This document shows, one piece after another, positions 1-9,050 of a stretch of DNA of 64,000 nt. The notes below the pieces were generated by a model, which saw nothing but the letters and a program-made list of their open reading frames with translations, made no database searches and had not been told where the DNA came from. Each line of letters opens with the position of its first letter. Position 1 is the stretch's first letter. The DNA comes from Paludibacteraceae bacterium. Lineage in GTDB: Bacteria; Bacteroidota; Bacteroidia; Bacteroidales; Paludibacteraceae. The stretch is from the NCBI GenBank assembly GCA_017937025.1, contig JAGBEJ010000012.1, positions 132,411 to 196,410 on the forward strand, written 5' to 3'. A program made the position numbers and the translations under genes.

Positions 1-114
1 TGCTTTCAATAATTACAGCAAATCCACAAGAAATATCCATATATATAGTTTTCACAATGCTCCCAGTATAAAGTTTATTGCGTTGTCATTATTGTAGTTA
101 AAAAGAAATTCAGT

Positions 115-122
115 TACATTTG
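115..122 (+). promoter_or_regulatory. Bacteroidetes-type -7 promoter box (TACATTTG; consensus TAnnTTTG) ahead of hsdR
   Basis: Exact TAnnTTTG match 28 nt upstream of the ATG at 150. It overlaps the TTG at 120 that opens the ORF-track model, which favours the ATG start. Confidence 0.45.
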
Positions 123-149
123 CTTACTTATAACCTCAAAGAACACACG

Positions 150-3100
150 ATGAGCAAAGGTTTCAGCGAAAATACTCGAGTACAAGTACCAGCAGCTCTA
201 CATTTGTGCAAACTTGGCTATACATATCTTGACAACATTGCGGCTCTTGACACTGCCACAAATATCATTGTTGATGTTTTTCTTGAATCTGTAAAGAGGT
301 TGAATCCTGATATTTCAGGAGCAAATGTGTCTATGCTTTTCTCCAAGATTGTAAGCATTGCCAATAACGACGACCTTGGAAGAGAATTTTACCAAATGTT
401 ATCTGCAAATAGTGGCATCAAACTCATTGATTTTGACAATCCCGACAACAATGTTTGGCATGTCACTACAGAACTTCCTTGCGAAAACAAAGAGACTGAC
501 GACAATTTCCGTCCCGACATCACCTGCTTTGTGAATGGTTTGCCTCTGGCCTTCATCGAAGTGAAGAAGCCCAACAATCATGAAGGTATTCTTGCTGAGC
601 GCGAACGCATCAATAGGCGCATGAGCAAGAACTGTTTCCGTCGCTTCTTCAACATCACACAGCTGATGATATTTTCCAACAATCAGGAGTACGACAACGA
701 GAATCGCGTGCCCATACAAGGTGCGTTCTATTGCTGTTCGGCCAAGGGTAAGGCATTCTTCAATGTGTTCAGGGAAGAAGACAAGCGTTTTGTCAGCGAC
801 TATCCTTATGTCGAATTGTCCGACGAAACAGAGAACATGGTGCTGAAACACCGCAACTGTGTTGTCATCAAGAATTTGGAGGAATACCACACCAACAAAC
901 GTGTTGACACACCGACCAACCGTATCCTTACCTCCATGCTCAGCCGCGATAGATTCCTGTTCCTGCTCCGCTATGGCATTGCGTACGTTGAGAAGAAAGT
1001 CGATCTGGAAGATGGCACCCAAGGCACGGTGTTGCAGAAGCACATCATGCGCTATCAGCAATTATTTGCATCATACGCAATACGCAGTACACTCGACAAA
1101 GGGGTGAAAAGCGGTATCATTTGGCACACACAGGGTAGCGGCAAGACTGCATTGGCCTATTATTCCGTAAGAAGTCTGACTGATTATTTTGCCAAACGTA
1201 ATACCATCGCCAAATTCTATTTCATCGTTGACCGCATCGACCTGATGGAACAGGCGACAGACGAATTCGCCGCCCGAGGTCTTGTCGTCCGCAATGCCAA
1301 GAGCCGCGACGAGTTGATGAGCGACATTAGCAACACAGCCATTACCGCCAATAGCGACGGCAAACTTGAAATAATGGTTGTCAACATACAGAAGTTCAAG
1401 GAGGACAAGGCTAAAGTCAAAATCGACGGCAACTACAACACGCACCTTCAACGCATATTCTTCATCGACGAAGCCCATCGAGGCTACAATCCACAAGGCA
1501 GTTTCTTAGCCAATCTGCTCGAAGCCGACAAGGACGCCGTAAAGATTGCGCTTACAGGAACCCCACTCCTGAAAGAAGAGCGTGAGTCTTGGCGTGTGTT
1601 CGGCAAGTACATACACACCTACTATTATGACAAGTCGATTGCCGACGGTTACACCCGCAAATTGATGCGAGAGCCTGTAGAAACCATTTACAAAGAGAAA
1701 ATAGAAAGCATATTGGATGAACTGGCAGGTAGTGTTGAAGTCAGAAGAAGTGATATTGACCGAAATAAAATCATAGAGCACGAGAGCTACCTCAATGCTC
1801 TGCTTGATTACATAGTCAACGACTTCTGGCGTTTCCGTATCGAGCAAGCAGATGACACCGTCGGCGCTATGATTGTATGCAAGACCAATCCTCAAGCCCG
1901 TGAACTCTATCGACTGTGGCAAGAACGCTTCAGTAAAACAAGAATGGTGGTTCCACAATATAATAAAGAGATGAAGACAGCAGCAGAACCGACAACGACG
2001 CCATACGGCAATAAGCCGCTGACCGCTTCGCTCATCCTGCACGACGAAGGTGACAAATTGGAGCGCAAAGAATACATAGACGGATTCAAAAAATTGATGG
2101 ACGTCGATGTCTTGATTGTCAACAAGATGCTGCTGACTGGTTTCGATGCGCCGCGCCTGAAGAAACTCTACCTTGGCCGCTCTCTTGACGGACACGACCT
2201 CTTGCAAGCATTGACCCGAGTAAACCGTCCATATAAGGATTTCAGGTATGGCTATGTGGTTGATTTCGTGAACATCAAGGAAAACTTTGACGCAACAAAC
2301 GACAGATATTTGCGAGAACTAAATCGCACTTCCGATGAAGACACGCCTAAAGAAAACCCGATTGGCGAGGTTGTGCTGGTTGACAAGGAAGAGGTGATGG
2401 AAAAGATCCAGAACATCAAGAGTCTGTTATTCAACTATACAACAGACAACATGGAAGAGTTTCGCAAGGAGATCGACGATGTGGAGAACAAAGACAGCCT
2501 CTATGAACTTCGAAACACACTGCAAGAAGCCAAATCAATGATTAATCAAGTGCGTTCTTTCGGTGATGAAGAAACAAAAGAAAAGCTGAATAAGTTGCCT
2601 ATAGGCACCATTCCAACTTTAATCACAGAGGTCACGCATCGTATTGAGCGCATCAACCTCCTTGAAAACACCGAACACAAAGCCGATGTTTCTGGTATCA
2701 TCAACGTAGCTCTTTCTGAACTGGACTTTGAGTTCAAGAAAGGAGTTTCTGAAGAATTACGCATAATAGTCAACGACATCAAGGAACGTTGCGAACGTGT
2801 ACAAGCCGAGTTTGAGGCGAACTTCGACCCGAAGGAAGAGAAGTTCGTCATATTAGCTGATGAATTTCGTGAATACTTCCGCAAAAAAGGATTCGTGCCT
2901 CAAAGCACCCAAGAGGCAAAGGAAAGCATCGACTACATGGATGGCGTAATGAAGAAGATTCGTGAAATCAACAAACGCAACAATATGTTGAAGAGAAAAT
3001 ACAAGGGTGATGAGCGTTTTGTTCGCATACATAAACGCATAGAGGAGACAAACCAGCTGCGCGAAAAACCGATTATCTCCAAACAAGAATATGAGATTGC

Positions 3101-3317
3101 CGAGAATCTTGCAAATATGAAGAATGACATTGACAATATGCTGTTCCTCAACATCAACATATTGAACAATGAGGAAGCTTTCAAACGCGATATTCTTGCC
3201 ATCATCGGCAAAGAACTGATAAGCATGAATATAAGAGCCGATTTACAAGACCGCAAATACATAAACAATCTTATTACATCCGAATATCTCGGACAATACA
3301 ACTCGCATATTAAATAA
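150..3317 (+). CDS. hsdR: Type I restriction enzyme, R subunit (HsdR helicase/endonuclease)
   Basis: 1055-aa ORF. It has a Walker A motif (WHTQGSGKTALAYY), a DEAH box (FFIDEAHRG), an HsdR-N-like N-terminus (FSENTRVQVPAALHLCKLGYTYL) and an SF2 helicase C-lobe (LLTGFDAP). It lies directly upstream of hsdM. Start trimmed from TTG 120 to ATG 150. Confidence 0.9.
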   Translation: MSKGFSENTRVQVPAALHLCKLGYTYLDNIAALDTATNIIVDVFLESVKRLNPDISGANVSMLFSKIVSIANNDDLGREFYQMLSANSGIKLIDFDNPDNNVWHVTTELPCENKETDDNFRPDITCFVNGLPLAFIEVKKPNNHEGILAERERINRRMSKNCFRRFFNITQLMIFSNNQEYDNENRVPIQGAFYCCSAKGKAFFNVFREEDKRFVSDYPYVELSDETENMVLKHRNCVVIKNLEEYHTNKRVDTPTNRILTSMLSRDRFLFLLRYGIAYVEKKVDLEDGTQGTVLQKHIMRYQQLFASYAIRSTLDKGVKSGIIWHTQGSGKTALAYYSVRSLTDYFAKRNTIAKFYFIVDRIDLMEQATDEFAARGLVVRNAKSRDELMSDISNTAITANSDGKLEIMVVNIQKFKEDKAKVKIDGNYNTHLQRIFFIDEAHRGYNPQGSFLANLLEADKDAVKIALTGTPLLKEERESWRVFGKYIHTYYYDKSIADGYTRKLMREPVETIYKEKIESILDELAGSVEVRRSDIDRNKIIEHESYLNALLDYIVNDFWRFRIEQADDTVGAMIVCKTNPQARELYRLWQERFSKTRMVVPQYNKEMKTAAEPTTTPYGNKPLTASLILHDEGDKLERKEYIDGFKKLMDVDVLIVNKMLLTGFDAPRLKKLYLGRSLDGHDLLQALTRVNRPYKDFRYGYVVDFVNIKENFDATNDRYLRELNRTSDEDTPKENPIGEVVLVDKEEVMEKIQNIKSLLFNYTTDNMEEFRKEIDDVENKDSLYELRNTLQEAKSMINQVRSFGDEETKEKLNKLPIGTIPTLITEVTHRIERINLLENTEHKADVSGIINVALSELDFEFKKGVSEELRIIVNDIKERCERVQAEFEANFDPKEEKFVILADEFREYFRKKGFVPQSTQEAKESIDYMDGVMKKIREINKRNNMLKRKYKGDERFVRIHKRIEETNQLREKPIISKQEYEIAENLANMKNDIDNMLFLNINILNNEEAFKRDILAIIGKELISMNIRADLQDRKYINNLITSEYLGQYNSHIK

Positions 3318-3324
3318 CCGAATT

Positions 3325-4974
3325 ATGAGCAACACAAACATAACAGAAGCAACGATTGCACTGATTGATTCATTGAAGAGCACCACAGGCACATTCGGCT
3401 TGGCAGGAACTGGCAGTGAATACAAGATTGTCACTGAAATGTTCCTATACAAGTTCTTCAACGACAAGTTCGGCTACGAAGCCAAGCGCGACCAAATATA
3501 TGGTCCACGCCTCTCGAAAGCTGAGAAATGGGATGCGGAATATGACACTTTCACAGAAGAGGAAGTAGAAGACCTGTTCAGTTATCTGCCTGCATCCGTA
3601 CCACGCCTGAAGCCAGAGCATACGCTGTCGCATCTGTATAATTCCGCCACCCAAGGCGACTTCTCCACAATGCTCGACGCTACACTGATAGACATTGCCA
3701 ATGTCAATGCAGAAACTTTCTCTGTCACAACCTCTGGCAAAAGCAAAGTGAACATATTCAGCTCCATAACAACGTATGTTACCGACACTCAGAAACGCGA
3801 CGAGTTTGCCAAGTCGCTGATGCGCAATGTGGCATCGTTCAACTTCGAAGATGTCTTTGACGAGAAATACGATTTCTTCTCTGGCATATTTGAGTACCTG
3901 CTGAAAGGATTCAACAATGCCGGTGGCGGCAAATATGCCGAATACTACACGCCTCGCGCCATCGCACAAGTCATGGCACGTCTATTAGTAGGAAACAACA
4001 ACGACCTGCGCGGAATCACATGCTACGACCCGTCAGCAGGCACTGGCACGCTGCTCATGGCGCTGGCTCACCAAGTGGGAGAAGACCGATGCTCCATCTA
4101 CAGCCAAGACATATCCGAGAAGTCGAGCGAGATGCTGCGCTTGAATCTTATTCTGAACAACCTTTCTGCTTCACTGCCAAACGTCGTGCAAGGCAACACG
4201 CTTACCGAGCCGTCGCACAAAGAGACAAACGGCACGCTGAAGAAGTTCGACTTCATCGTGTCCAATCCTCCATTCAAACTTGATTTCCCTGAATATCGCG
4301 ACACATTGGCTTCTGACTCCGTACGTTTCTGGGCAGGAGTGCCTAAATCCGTCACCAAGATTGACCCAAACAAACCCAAGATGGCCATCTACACATGCTT
4401 CTTGCAGCATGTGCTAAACTCATTGAAGCCAACAGGAAAGGCTGCCGTGGTTATTCCTACAGGCTTCATCACGGCAAAGAGCGGTGTTGAGAAGAAAGTG
4501 CTACAGCGTATAGTTGACGAGCGTTGGGTGTATGGCTGTATATCCATGCCAAGTAATGTATTTGCAACAACTGGTACTAACGTCTCGGTTATCTTCTTCG
4601 ACAAGTCGGCAAAATCAGACAAGGTGATTCTTATTGATGCCTCAAAACTTGGTGAAGAATACAAGGAGGGAAATAATCAGAAACGACGCCTGCTTAACCA
4701 TGAGGTGGATCTGATTGTCAATACCTTCAACGAGAAGAAAGCTGTCGAGGATTTCTCCGTGACTGTGACATACGATGAAATCAAGGAGAAGAACTACAGT
4801 CTGTCTGCTGGTCAGTATTTTGACATCAAGATTGAGTATGTGGATATTACCGAGGAAGAGTTTAACAAGCGCATAGACAACTATATGGAAACCCTCGAAA
4901 AGCAGTTTGAGGAAAGCCACAAACTGGAAAGAGAGATAATGTCACAATTGAAGAAACTACGTTTTGACAAATGA
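3325..4974 (+). CDS. hsdM: Type I R-M N6-adenine DNA methyltransferase, M subunit (HsdM)
   Basis: SAM-binding motif I (YDPSAGTGTLLMA) and catalytic motif IV NPPF (IVSNPPFKLDF). Starts 7 nt after the hsdR stop. Confidence 0.9.
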   Translation: MSNTNITEATIALIDSLKSTTGTFGLAGTGSEYKIVTEMFLYKFFNDKFGYEAKRDQIYGPRLSKAEKWDAEYDTFTEEEVEDLFSYLPASVPRLKPEHTLSHLYNSATQGDFSTMLDATLIDIANVNAETFSVTTSGKSKVNIFSSITTYVTDTQKRDEFAKSLMRNVASFNFEDVFDEKYDFFSGIFEYLLKGFNNAGGGKYAEYYTPRAIAQVMARLLVGNNNDLRGITCYDPSAGTGTLLMALAHQVGEDRCSIYSQDISEKSSEMLRLNLILNNLSASLPNVVQGNTLTEPSHKETNGTLKKFDFIVSNPPFKLDFPEYRDTLASDSVRFWAGVPKSVTKIDPNKPKMAIYTCFLQHVLNSLKPTGKAAVVIPTGFITAKSGVEKKVLQRIVDERWVYGCISMPSNVFATTGTNVSVIFFDKSAKSDKVILIDASKLGEEYKEGNNQKRRLLNHEVDLIVNTFNEKKAVEDFSVTVTYDEIKEKNYSLSAGQYFDIKIEYVDITEEEFNKRIDNYMETLEKQFEESHKLEREIMSQLKKLRFDK

Positions 4975-5216
4975 GCAATATCGCCGATTTTATAGAGAGT
5001 CTTAATAGCTATGCTGGTCTATTCTCGCTTTTAGCGGTAGTAGCGGCGATTGTCGTTCCTTTCATCATTCACAGGATAGAGCGTAAATCACAAAGGCAAG
5101 CGATGAAGGATGAATTGGAAGCTATGCAGGAATCCGCACGTTTCCCAATGACTTGCGGCGAACGCGAACAGTACGTGAAAATGAGCAAATTGGAGAAGGG
5201 ATTGAATAGAAAGTGA
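4971..5216 (+). CDS. Small hypothetical membrane protein (81 aa, one predicted TM helix followed by a charged tail)
   Basis: The ATG overlaps the hsdM stop (ATGA at 4971-4974), suggesting translational coupling. There is a hydrophobic stretch LFSLLAVVAAIVVPFII. I recognise no family. Confidence 0.4.
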   Translation: MSNIADFIESLNSYAGLFSLLAVVAAIVVPFIIHRIERKSQRQAMKDELEAMQESARFPMTCGEREQYVKMSKLEKGLNRK

Positions 5217-5248
5217 ACTAAGGAACCCAAAAAGAAAAACTTGTATTT

Positions 5249-6115
5249 ATGAAATTACTATCCTTTTCAGAAAGATACGGCTACACAAAACCATCAGATG
5301 TTATCATAAGAGAAAAAATAACACCTGAGATACAAAATGCGATATGCTCATGTTTTGATAGATTACCACGCACTATTTCTATTAATAACATATGGGAAGA
5401 TTGCAAACTATTAATAGACAAACATTTGTGGAGTAAATTCTTAAATAAAAGAGAAGCCGATATTTATGAAGGCAATAGATATTATGAAGTTTTCACCCCA
5501 TTCATAGAAGACAAAAATAACAAGTGGTTTGAAAAATTGAATTTGGTGGAATCTGCAATTACTTTTTTATATAACACTGATAAACAAAACCACACCTACC
5601 CCAAGGGCACAAGTAAAAATTTCATAGACGATCTAAACTCGGAATTTGAACGTTTAAACTTTGCATACCACATAATTGGCACTGAAATCGTAGAAATAAG
5701 TTCCGAGGAAGAAATCAAAACAATAGAAACCGCAATGCAAGAGTCTCAGAATAACATCAAGACTCACTTGTGCAAAGCTTTAGAATTATATGCCCAAAGA
5801 CCAGAAGCCGATTATCGCAACTCTATAAAGGAATCCACTTCAGCTGTGGAGGCTTGTTGCCGCAAGCTAACTGGAGAAAACTCTTTAGGAAAAGCACTGA
5901 GCAAATTGGAAAAGAACGGAGTATATATCCCACAAACGCTTAAGAACGCATTTGAAAAATTATACGCTTATACAAACGATGGTGACTCTGGCATTCGCCA
6001 CGCACTGATGGATGAAACTGCATCATACGTTCCAGGCTCTGCAGAAGCTTATTTTATGTTAGTATCTTGCAGTGCATTCATAAACTATCTGAACAGGAAA
6101 ACACAATGGAACTGA
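5249..6115 (+). CDS. AbiJ-NTD4-like N-terminus with an Abi/HEPN-like C-terminal domain (putative abortive-infection effector)
   Basis: The N-terminus FSERYGYTKP...ITPEIQNAICSCF and the C-terminal block NSIKESTSAVEACCRKL...KNAFEKLYAYTNDGDSGIRHALMDE...SCSAFINYL match my recollection of AbiJ N-terminal-domain-4 proteins. No search was run. The stop overlaps the hsdS start. Confidence 0.55.
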   Translation: MKLLSFSERYGYTKPSDVIIREKITPEIQNAICSCFDRLPRTISINNIWEDCKLLIDKHLWSKFLNKREADIYEGNRYYEVFTPFIEDKNNKWFEKLNLVESAITFLYNTDKQNHTYPKGTSKNFIDDLNSEFERLNFAYHIIGTEIVEISSEEEIKTIETAMQESQNNIKTHLCKALELYAQRPEADYRNSIKESTSAVEACCRKLTGENSLGKALSKLEKNGVYIPQTLKNAFEKLYAYTNDGDSGIRHALMDETASYVPGSAEAYFMLVSCSAFINYLNRKTQWN

Positions 6116-7383
6116 AAAAATATAAATTAGGAGAGATTTGCGACTTGAATTTATCATCATTAAAGTCTTCTGACAGGATGGATGATATTTTGTATCTCGA
6201 TACAAGTAGCATTACGGAAAATGCTATTTCGGGATTTCAAGTCGTTACGCGACAAAGTGCGCCAAGTAGGGCTCAGCGAAAAGTTAAGCATAATACAATT
6301 ATTTTTTCAACTGTTCGCCCAAATCAAAACCATTTTGGAATAATGCGTAATCCTCAAAACAATCTTATTGTGTCATCAGGATTTACAACATTGGATATAA
6401 AGAATCCTGATGAATTTGATGCTGATTATGTGTATTATAAACTTACACAACCAAGAACCGTTAATTATTTGCATACACTTGCCCAAAATTCGGTTTCGGC
6501 GTATCCATCAATTAATCCTGATGATATAGGTAATTTGATGTTTGAGTTTCCCTCCCTCGACCATCAGCGTCGCATAGCCTCAGTTCTATCGTCGCTTGAT
6601 TCCAAAATCTCCCTCAACCGCCGTATCAACTCCAAACTCGAAGCCCTCGCCAAGCAGTTATACGACTATTGGTTTGTGCAGTTTGATTTTCCCGATGCCA
6701 ACGGCAACCCTTACAAATCGTCCGGCGGCAAAATGGTGTGGAATGATGTGCTAAAAAGAGAAATTCCCGAGGGATGGGAGGTGAAAAGACTGGGTGATGT
6801 ATTAGGAAAACTGTCATCAGGTAAAAGACCAAAGGGAGGAATAGACAAAGCGTTAAAAGATGGAATACCTAGTTTAGGTGCTGAATGTATAGATGATTTG
6901 GGCGTGTTCGATTACGGATCGACACCTTACTTGCCTTTTTCATATAGAGATTCAATCACCACAGGAATAATTGAAAATAAGGATATTCTTGTTTATAAAG
7001 ATGGTGCATATGTAGGTAAAACCACACTGTTTCAAGATGGTTTTCCTTTCGAGTTCGCTTGTGTAAATGAACACGTGTTCTTGATTCATGCCAAAGACGA
7101 AAACCTTCAAGAATATCTTTTGTTTACTCTTAAGACCCCTACATATTATGAGATGATGCAAAAATTCGGCAAGGCAAAGGCAGCACAGCCCGGTTTAAAC
7201 CAAGATGATATTTGTCGTATTTCATTTTTAGCACCAGAAACAACAATACTGAAAAAATTCAGAGAATTAGTAGAAGTACCATTCCACCTCATCTTTAGCC
7301 AATCTTCAGAAATTGCAACTTTGACTAAGCAGCGCGACGAACTCCTGCCGCTGCTGATGAACGGTCAGGTAACAATGAAATGA
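6106..7383 (+). CDS. hsdS: Type I R-M specificity subunit (HsdS), two target-recognition domains
   Basis: Central conserved helix LDHQRRIASVLSSLDSKISLNRRINSKLEALAKQLYDYWFVQFDFP and distal conserved helix IATLTKQRDELLPLLMNGQV flank two variable TRDs. Start moved to ATG 6106 (MELKKYKLGEI), which overlaps the upstream stop (ATGGAACTGA). Confidence 0.85.
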   Translation: MELKKYKLGEICDLNLSSLKSSDRMDDILYLDTSSITENAISGFQVVTRQSAPSRAQRKVKHNTIIFSTVRPNQNHFGIMRNPQNNLIVSSGFTTLDIKNPDEFDADYVYYKLTQPRTVNYLHTLAQNSVSAYPSINPDDIGNLMFEFPSLDHQRRIASVLSSLDSKISLNRRINSKLEALAKQLYDYWFVQFDFPDANGNPYKSSGGKMVWNDVLKREIPEGWEVKRLGDVLGKLSSGKRPKGGIDKALKDGIPSLGAECIDDLGVFDYGSTPYLPFSYRDSITTGIIENKDILVYKDGAYVGKTTLFQDGFPFEFACVNEHVFLIHAKDENLQEYLLFTLKTPTYYEMMQKFGKAKAAQPGLNQDDICRISFLAPETTILKKFRELVEVPFHLIFSQSSEIATLTKQRDELLPLLMNGQVTMK

Positions 7384-7408
7384 AATTTGTCATAAAAAGA
7401 ATTAAGAT

Positions 7409-7416
7409 TATATTTG
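7409..7416 (+). promoter_or_regulatory. -7 promoter box TATATTTG ahead of the toxin-like gene
   Basis: TAnnTTTG match 35 nt upstream of GTG 7451. The 12-mer TATATTTGCACC recurs at 7468-7479 inside the ORF, so the start and TSS are ambiguous. Confidence 0.4.
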
Positions 7417-7450
7417 CACCTGAAAAATATTAACCTATAAGTTAATCACT

Positions 7451-7996
7451 GTGGAAATAATCAGTATATTTGCACCATACTTATATAGTATTCAATACGA
7501 CTCCCAAGAAGAGGATGAATACACACGATTGCTATACACAGAATGGAATGATGTGGAAAAAATACTTGCTTTTATGCAAGAAAACAAAAATGTCTTAGAA
7601 GAAAACAGCACATGGAATAGCATAAATGATCCCTATCTAGCAATAAATCAAGTCATACAAGAAGCGGATGAATTAAGACAAAAGTTCCAAGAATTAAAAG
7701 AAAACACTCAAATTTGCAAACAGCCAGACTTTGACAATCATTTCAAATATTTGAATGGAAAATATAAATACCTATATGAGTTAATTCCAATGAAATCATA
7801 TGGCTGTGGAAGACCATCTCTATTACGGATATATGCAATAAAATTAGGCACCAACAAATACTTAATAACAGGAGGCGGAATAAAGCTCTGTGACACAATA
7901 CAAGATTCACCAGGAATAAAGGACCATGCACTACAAAACATAGATAGGGTAAGAAGTTTCTTAATAGAGAACGACATCGACGAAGAGGACCTTTAA
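7451..7996 (+). CDS. Putative toxin: C-terminal Gp49/HigB (RelE/ParE-superfamily)-like domain with a ~110-aa N-terminal extension
   Basis: The C-terminal segment PSLLRIYAIKLGTNKYLITGGGIKLCDTIQDSP...IDRVRSFL resembles the core of phage Gp49/HigB-type toxins. The gene lies immediately upstream of an XRE-HTH gene, which is the HigBA order. GTG start; the first in-frame ATG is codon 42. Confidence 0.4.
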   Translation: MEIISIFAPYLYSIQYDSQEEDEYTRLLYTEWNDVEKILAFMQENKNVLEENSTWNSINDPYLAINQVIQEADELRQKFQELKENTQICKQPDFDNHFKYLNGKYKYLYELIPMKSYGCGRPSLLRIYAIKLGTNKYLITGGGIKLCDTIQDSPGIKDHALQNIDRVRSFLIENDIDEEDL

Positions 7997-8021
7997 CAAC
8001 CAACTAAAAAACACAGGAAAA

Positions 8022-8450
8022 ATGGCATTCAATTTAGATAAACTTCAAGCGATAGCAAAACCTCGCTCTGAAAACAGCATCAAAAAGGAAAATTTCTGGA
8101 ACGAAAACAAAGAATGGCTGGTACGTTCTAAAGAAATTGCTTTGGCTGTACGTTTCTATTTAGAAGAACAAAAACTAACTCAACTTGCATTAGCTGAGAA
8201 AATGGGAGTTTCCGCTCCATATATAGCTAAAATAATGAAAGGCAATGAAAATCTTACATTAGAGACAATTTGCAAGTTGGAGAAAATACTGAATGAAACC
8301 TTAATAACAACAGCAAAGCCATATCAAATTCAGATTTTACCTATTCAATACACAAAAATAGAATTCCAAAAATCAGAAGCCGAAAAATCTAAAAAGATAA
8401 AGAAAACACTTTCTGAAAGTTGGTGTGCAAGCGCCAATGCCGTAGCATAA
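8022..8450 (+). CDS. XRE-family helix-turn-helix protein (putative HigA-like antitoxin) with a ~45-aa C-terminal tail
   Basis: HTH_XRE signature LTQLALAEKMGVSAPYIAKIMKGNENLTLETICKLEKIL. Starts 25 nt downstream of the toxin-like ORF. Confidence 0.75.
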   Translation: MAFNLDKLQAIAKPRSENSIKKENFWNENKEWLVRSKEIALAVRFYLEEQKLTQLALAEKMGVSAPYIAKIMKGNENLTLETICKLEKILNETLITTAKPYQIQILPIQYTKIEFQKSEAEKSKKIKKTLSESWCASANAVA

Positions 8451-8455
8451 TTATC

Positions 8456-8881
8456 ATGGAAAAACAACTACACTACAGATATTCTAAGATTACCCTTGAT
8501 GAATTTGCATTATTAGAAGAAACATGTGATGCAAAAGCAAGCATTAATTTCAATAATGAAATCCAATTTAACTTTGACACAAAATCAGGGGTTGTTCAAT
8601 GCGTTGACACACTGACTGCCAAACAGAATGAAAAAAAACTGTTCAAAATTAGTGTTAGTGCCTATTTTCAAATTAAACCAGAAGATGTCACTTCATTAAA
8701 AACAGGCAACAAATACACAATACCAATAGGAATCCTGATTCAGTTTGCTTCGTTAAACTATGGTACACTTCGAGGCGTGTTATTTTCAAAACTCCAAGAC
8801 ACTATGTTTAATTTCATAGTTGTCCCTCCGTTGTATATGCAACAGATAATAAAAGAGCCTTTTGTTGTAGAAGAAAAGTAA
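8456..8881 (+). CDS. Hypothetical protein (141 aa); weak SecB-like pattern
   Basis: The ATG at 8456 lies 5 nt after the antitoxin stop (ORF-track TTG 8420 rejected). The arrangement of predicted strands and the motif FKISVSAYFQI ... LNYGTLRGVLFSKL ... VVPPLYM loosely parallel SecB. This is by eye only. Confidence 0.5.
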   Translation: MEKQLHYRYSKITLDEFALLEETCDAKASINFNNEIQFNFDTKSGVVQCVDTLTAKQNEKKLFKISVSAYFQIKPEDVTSLKTGNKYTIPIGILIQFASLNYGTLRGVLFSKLQDTMFNFIVVPPLYMQQIIKEPFVVEEK

Positions 8882-8911
8882 CAATGATGGAAGCCACCAC
8901 TAAAATGACCC

Positions 8912-8948
8912 AGCCCAGCCGTTTTTCAATAGGCTGGGCTTTTTCTTT
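8912..8948 (+). terminator. Rho-independent terminator closing the defence island
   Basis: AGCCCAGCC / GGCTGGGCT 9-bp stem with an 11-nt loop, followed by TTTTCTTTT. Confidence 0.75.
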
Positions 8949-9020
8949 TAACATCAATCTTGACAGGTTATAGTAAAAAACTATTTTTCCAAAAGCTTCC
9001 CTCTTACACTTTCTGTTATT

Positions 9021-9028
9021 TATCTTTG
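9021..9028 (+). promoter_or_regulatory. -7 promoter box TATCTTTG ahead of the AraC-family gene
   Basis: TAnnTTTG match 23 nt upstream of ATG 9051. Confidence 0.5.
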
Positions 9029-9050
9029 CACATAACCCAACCACAAACAC

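Noticed and set aside
120-149. TTG-initiated N-terminal extension of hsdR from the ORF track. Similar non-ATG extensions occur at 6067, 8420, 11643, 12471, 17064, 21661, 27666, 59250 and 60302.
   Set aside because: In each case a downstream ATG gives a canonical N-terminus or signal peptide. The extension overlaps a TAnnTTTG -7 box, an upstream gene or a terminator.
6106-7383. Phase-variable hsdS shufflon
   Set aside because: No second or partial hsdS copy, inverted hsdS-internal repeats or recombinase gene is present near the locus.
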